A stretch of 17,460 nt of DNA from the NCBI GenBank assembly GCA_965612795.1, contig CBFDTI010000025.1:1-17460 (forward strand), read 5' to 3'. Position 1 is the first letter of the stretch; every line of letters starts with the position of its first letter. Below the pieces are notes generated by a model. The model saw only the letters and a program-made list of their open reading frames with translations. It was not told the DNA's origin and made no database searches. The position numbers and the translations under genes were made by a program. Positions 15,693 through 17,460 of the stretch are shown here, piece by piece. This DNA comes from an uncultured bacterium. GTDB lineage: Bacteria > Hydrothermota > UBA3073 > NMUJ01.

Positions 15693-16937
15693 ATGGAAGA
15701 TAAATTTTCGGAACTTGCCCGTAAATTACGTCCCTCCCCCATACGTGAGTTGCTGAGACTTATAAACGAACCTGACATAATATCGTTTGCAGGTGGGATA
15801 CCGGATCCTACGTTATTTCCTATAGACCTCATGTGGGAAGTTACGCAGCAGATACTTGAGAATGAAGGTGACAAGGCCTTACAGTACGGGCCAAGTGATG
15901 GCGATATTGGGCTACGTGAAGAGATAAGCAAGTGGCTCAAAGAGAAGGAAGGTGTAGATATCCCAGTCAACAGGATATTACCGACTACGGCGTCACAGCA
16001 GGGGCTCGATCTCATCGGTAAGATATTTATAAACCCTGGTGATTATGTGATAGTAGGGTTACCTACATATTTGGGTGCATTGACGGCATTCAGTGCGTAT
16101 GGGGTACAGTTTATTGGTATACCGCTGGATGATGAGGGTATGCAGGTTGATCTCATCCCGGAGAAGCTTAAGAAGTTACGACGTGCACAGAAGAGGGTTA
16201 AATTCGTCTATGTGGTACCTGATTTCCAGAACCCAGCTGGTGTGACGATGAGCCTACAACGTAGGAAGCGATTGATAGAGATTGCGGAAAAGTACGATTT
16301 CCTCATAGTAGAAGATACCCCATATCGGGAATTGAGATATTCTGGCAAACATGTCCCACCATTTATAGCTTTGGGGCCTGAAGAACGTGTTATCTCACTT
16401 TATAGTTTTAGCAAAATCTTATTCCCAGGGTTGAGGGTTGGATTTGTGATAGCTGCACCCAATGTGATACGCAAACTTATACTCGCTAAGCAAGCAGCTG
16501 ACCTATGTTCACCGGTGATCACACAGTTTGTGGTACGTGAGATACTCAAACGTCGTGATGCATTTAAACGTCACATAATGCGACTCGTAGTACGTTACAG
16601 GGATAAGCGTGATGCTATGCTATCTGCGTTGGTGAAATATTTTCACAATATACGTGGGGTGAAATGGACAAAACCGGAAGGTGGGCTATTTCTGTGGTTA
16701 ACGTTTCCGGAGGGGGTAGATACTGAGAAGATGTTTCCCAAGGCGCTTGAAAATAAGGTGGCATACATCATAGGGGCAGCATTCCATTTTGATGGCAGTG
16801 GTAAAAACACGGCACGCCTTAATTTCTCGTATCCGACGATGAAGCAAATCGATGAAGGGATACAACGGTTGGGCAAGGTTGTGGAAGCTGAGCTACGTGA
16901 ACTGGAACGCAAGAAACGCATTAAGCTAACAGTTTAG
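15693..16937 (+). CDS. Class I PLP-dependent aminotransferase (LysN/ARO8-like, no HTH domain)
   Basis: SPIRELL, ISFAGGIPDP, ALQYG, PDFQNPAG, EDTPY, PLP-lysine motif SFSKILFPGLRVG, PEGGLFLW, RLNFS. SD GAGGAGG at 15682-15688. Confidence 0.95.
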   Translation: MEDKFSELARKLRPSPIRELLRLINEPDIISFAGGIPDPTLFPIDLMWEVTQQILENEGDKALQYGPSDGDIGLREEISKWLKEKEGVDIPVNRILPTTASQQGLDLIGKIFINPGDYVIVGLPTYLGALTAFSAYGVQFIGIPLDDEGMQVDLIPEKLKKLRRAQKRVKFVYVVPDFQNPAGVTMSLQRRKRLIEIAEKYDFLIVEDTPYRELRYSGKHVPPFIALGPEERVISLYSFSKILFPGLRVGFVIAAPNVIRKLILAKQAADLCSPVITQFVVREILKRRDAFKRHIMRLVVRYRDKRDAMLSALVKYFHNIRGVKWTKPEGGLFLWLTFPEGVDTEKMFPKALENKVAYIIGAAFHFDGSGKNTARLNFSYPTMKQIDEGIQRLGKVVEAELRELERKKRIKLTV

Positions 16938-17460
16938 CATTAATCTCATAGTCGAAAGCAGCGATAACTTTGACTTTTTCAATAGAACCCGGTTGAGTAT
17001 CACCTTCTACGTAGATTGTGCTGTCGACCTCGGGACATTCATACTCTGAATGTGCACGAAATGTGTTAGCCTCCAGAGGTTCGTCGATTATAACCTCCAA
17101 AGTACTACCTATTAACTTGTTATTGATAGCAGCAGCTTTTTCACGTGCTATCTCCATCAATATGCTGGTTCGATCGCCTATCACCTCCTTAGGTAATTGT
17201 GGCAGCTCAGCTGCTAAGGTGTGGGGTTCGCATGAGAATGGGAACACGTTTATGTGCCTAAAAGGTGAATTCACGAGAAATTCTATTAGGTCATCGAATT
17301 CCGTATCAGTTTCAGTGGGGAAACCAGCAATAATATCTGTACGTAGGGATAAGGAAGGGCCAGATCGTGCTATGGTATCGAGCAACCTATCTATATCCTT
17401 ACGTGACATCTGACGGCCCATCAACTTCAATATTCGGGTGGATACATGTTGTATAGGGAT
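16921..17460 (-). CDS. rimO: Ribosomal protein S12 methylthiotransferase RimO (5'-truncated by the window edge)
   Basis: Frame is open from 17460: IPIQHVSTRILKLMGR, then LRTDIIAGFPTET, FPFSCEPHT and a TRAM domain with ECPEVD and AFDYEI, resembling RimO (APEIDG, A.EYDL) more than MiaB. Confidence 0.85.
   Translation of the reverse strand: MPIQHVSTRILKLMGRQMSRKDIDRLLDTIARSGPSLSLRTDIIAGFPTETDTEFDDLIEFLVNSPFRHINVFPFSCEPHTLAAELPQLPKEVIGDRTSILMEIAREKAAAINNKLIGSTLEVIIDEPLEANTFRAHSEYECPEVDSTIYVEGDTQPGSIEKVKVIAAFDYEINAKLLA

Noticed and set aside
15502..16015. ORFs 15502..15756 (+) and 15566..16015 (-)
   Set aside because: They overlap tRNA-Gln and the aminotransferase and have no recognisable protein features.
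15693..16937. MocR/GabR transcription factor call for the PLP protein
   Set aside because: There is no N-terminal winged HTH domain, and the length and N-terminus fit a stand-alone aminotransferase.
1..17460. CRISPR array, IS elements, toxin-antitoxin or defence genes, tandem DNA repeats
   Set aside because: None seen. Intergenic space is too small for an array and no ORF carries matching motifs.
1..17460. Apparent abundance of ACGT/GTAC words and G-richness of the + strand
   Set aside because: Plausibly explained by codon usage (CGT, GTA, ACG), and the skew appears to reverse in the minus-strand gene. It cannot be tested without counts.

Overview
A gene-dense bacterial chromosomal segment (about 43% GC by eye) made mostly of housekeeping genes. 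On the + strand: the 3' part of ftsA, a signal-peptide-bearing M16 zinc peptidase, then hsp20-yajC-fmt-purF-DUF89 phosphatase-SAM methyltransferase, tRNA-Val(TAC), a BCAM0308-like CxxC protein, an NSS-family Na+ symporter, a lone transketolase C-terminal subunit, a strongly degenerate ftsE/ftsX-like pair, tRNA-Gln(CTG) and a class I PLP aminotransferase. On the - strand: a large S8 protease with FG-GAP-like repeats and a T9SS-type C-terminal domain, and the 3' part of rimO. The T9SS-type domain and the compact layout suggest an FCB-related uncultured lineage such as WOR-3 (inference only). I saw no mobile element, CRISPR array or defence system, and cannot support a complete new system. The best leads are: (i) an FtsE-like ATPase with most ABC catalytic motifs eroded, next to a minimal FtsX, together with ftsA lacking a downstream ftsZ; (ii) an Fmt lacking the tRNA-recognition loop and lacking def beside it; (iii) consistently short -35/-10 and SD-start spacings; (iv) purF coupled to a subfamily I DUF89 phosphatase. 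All family assignments come from remembered motifs, not from database searches.
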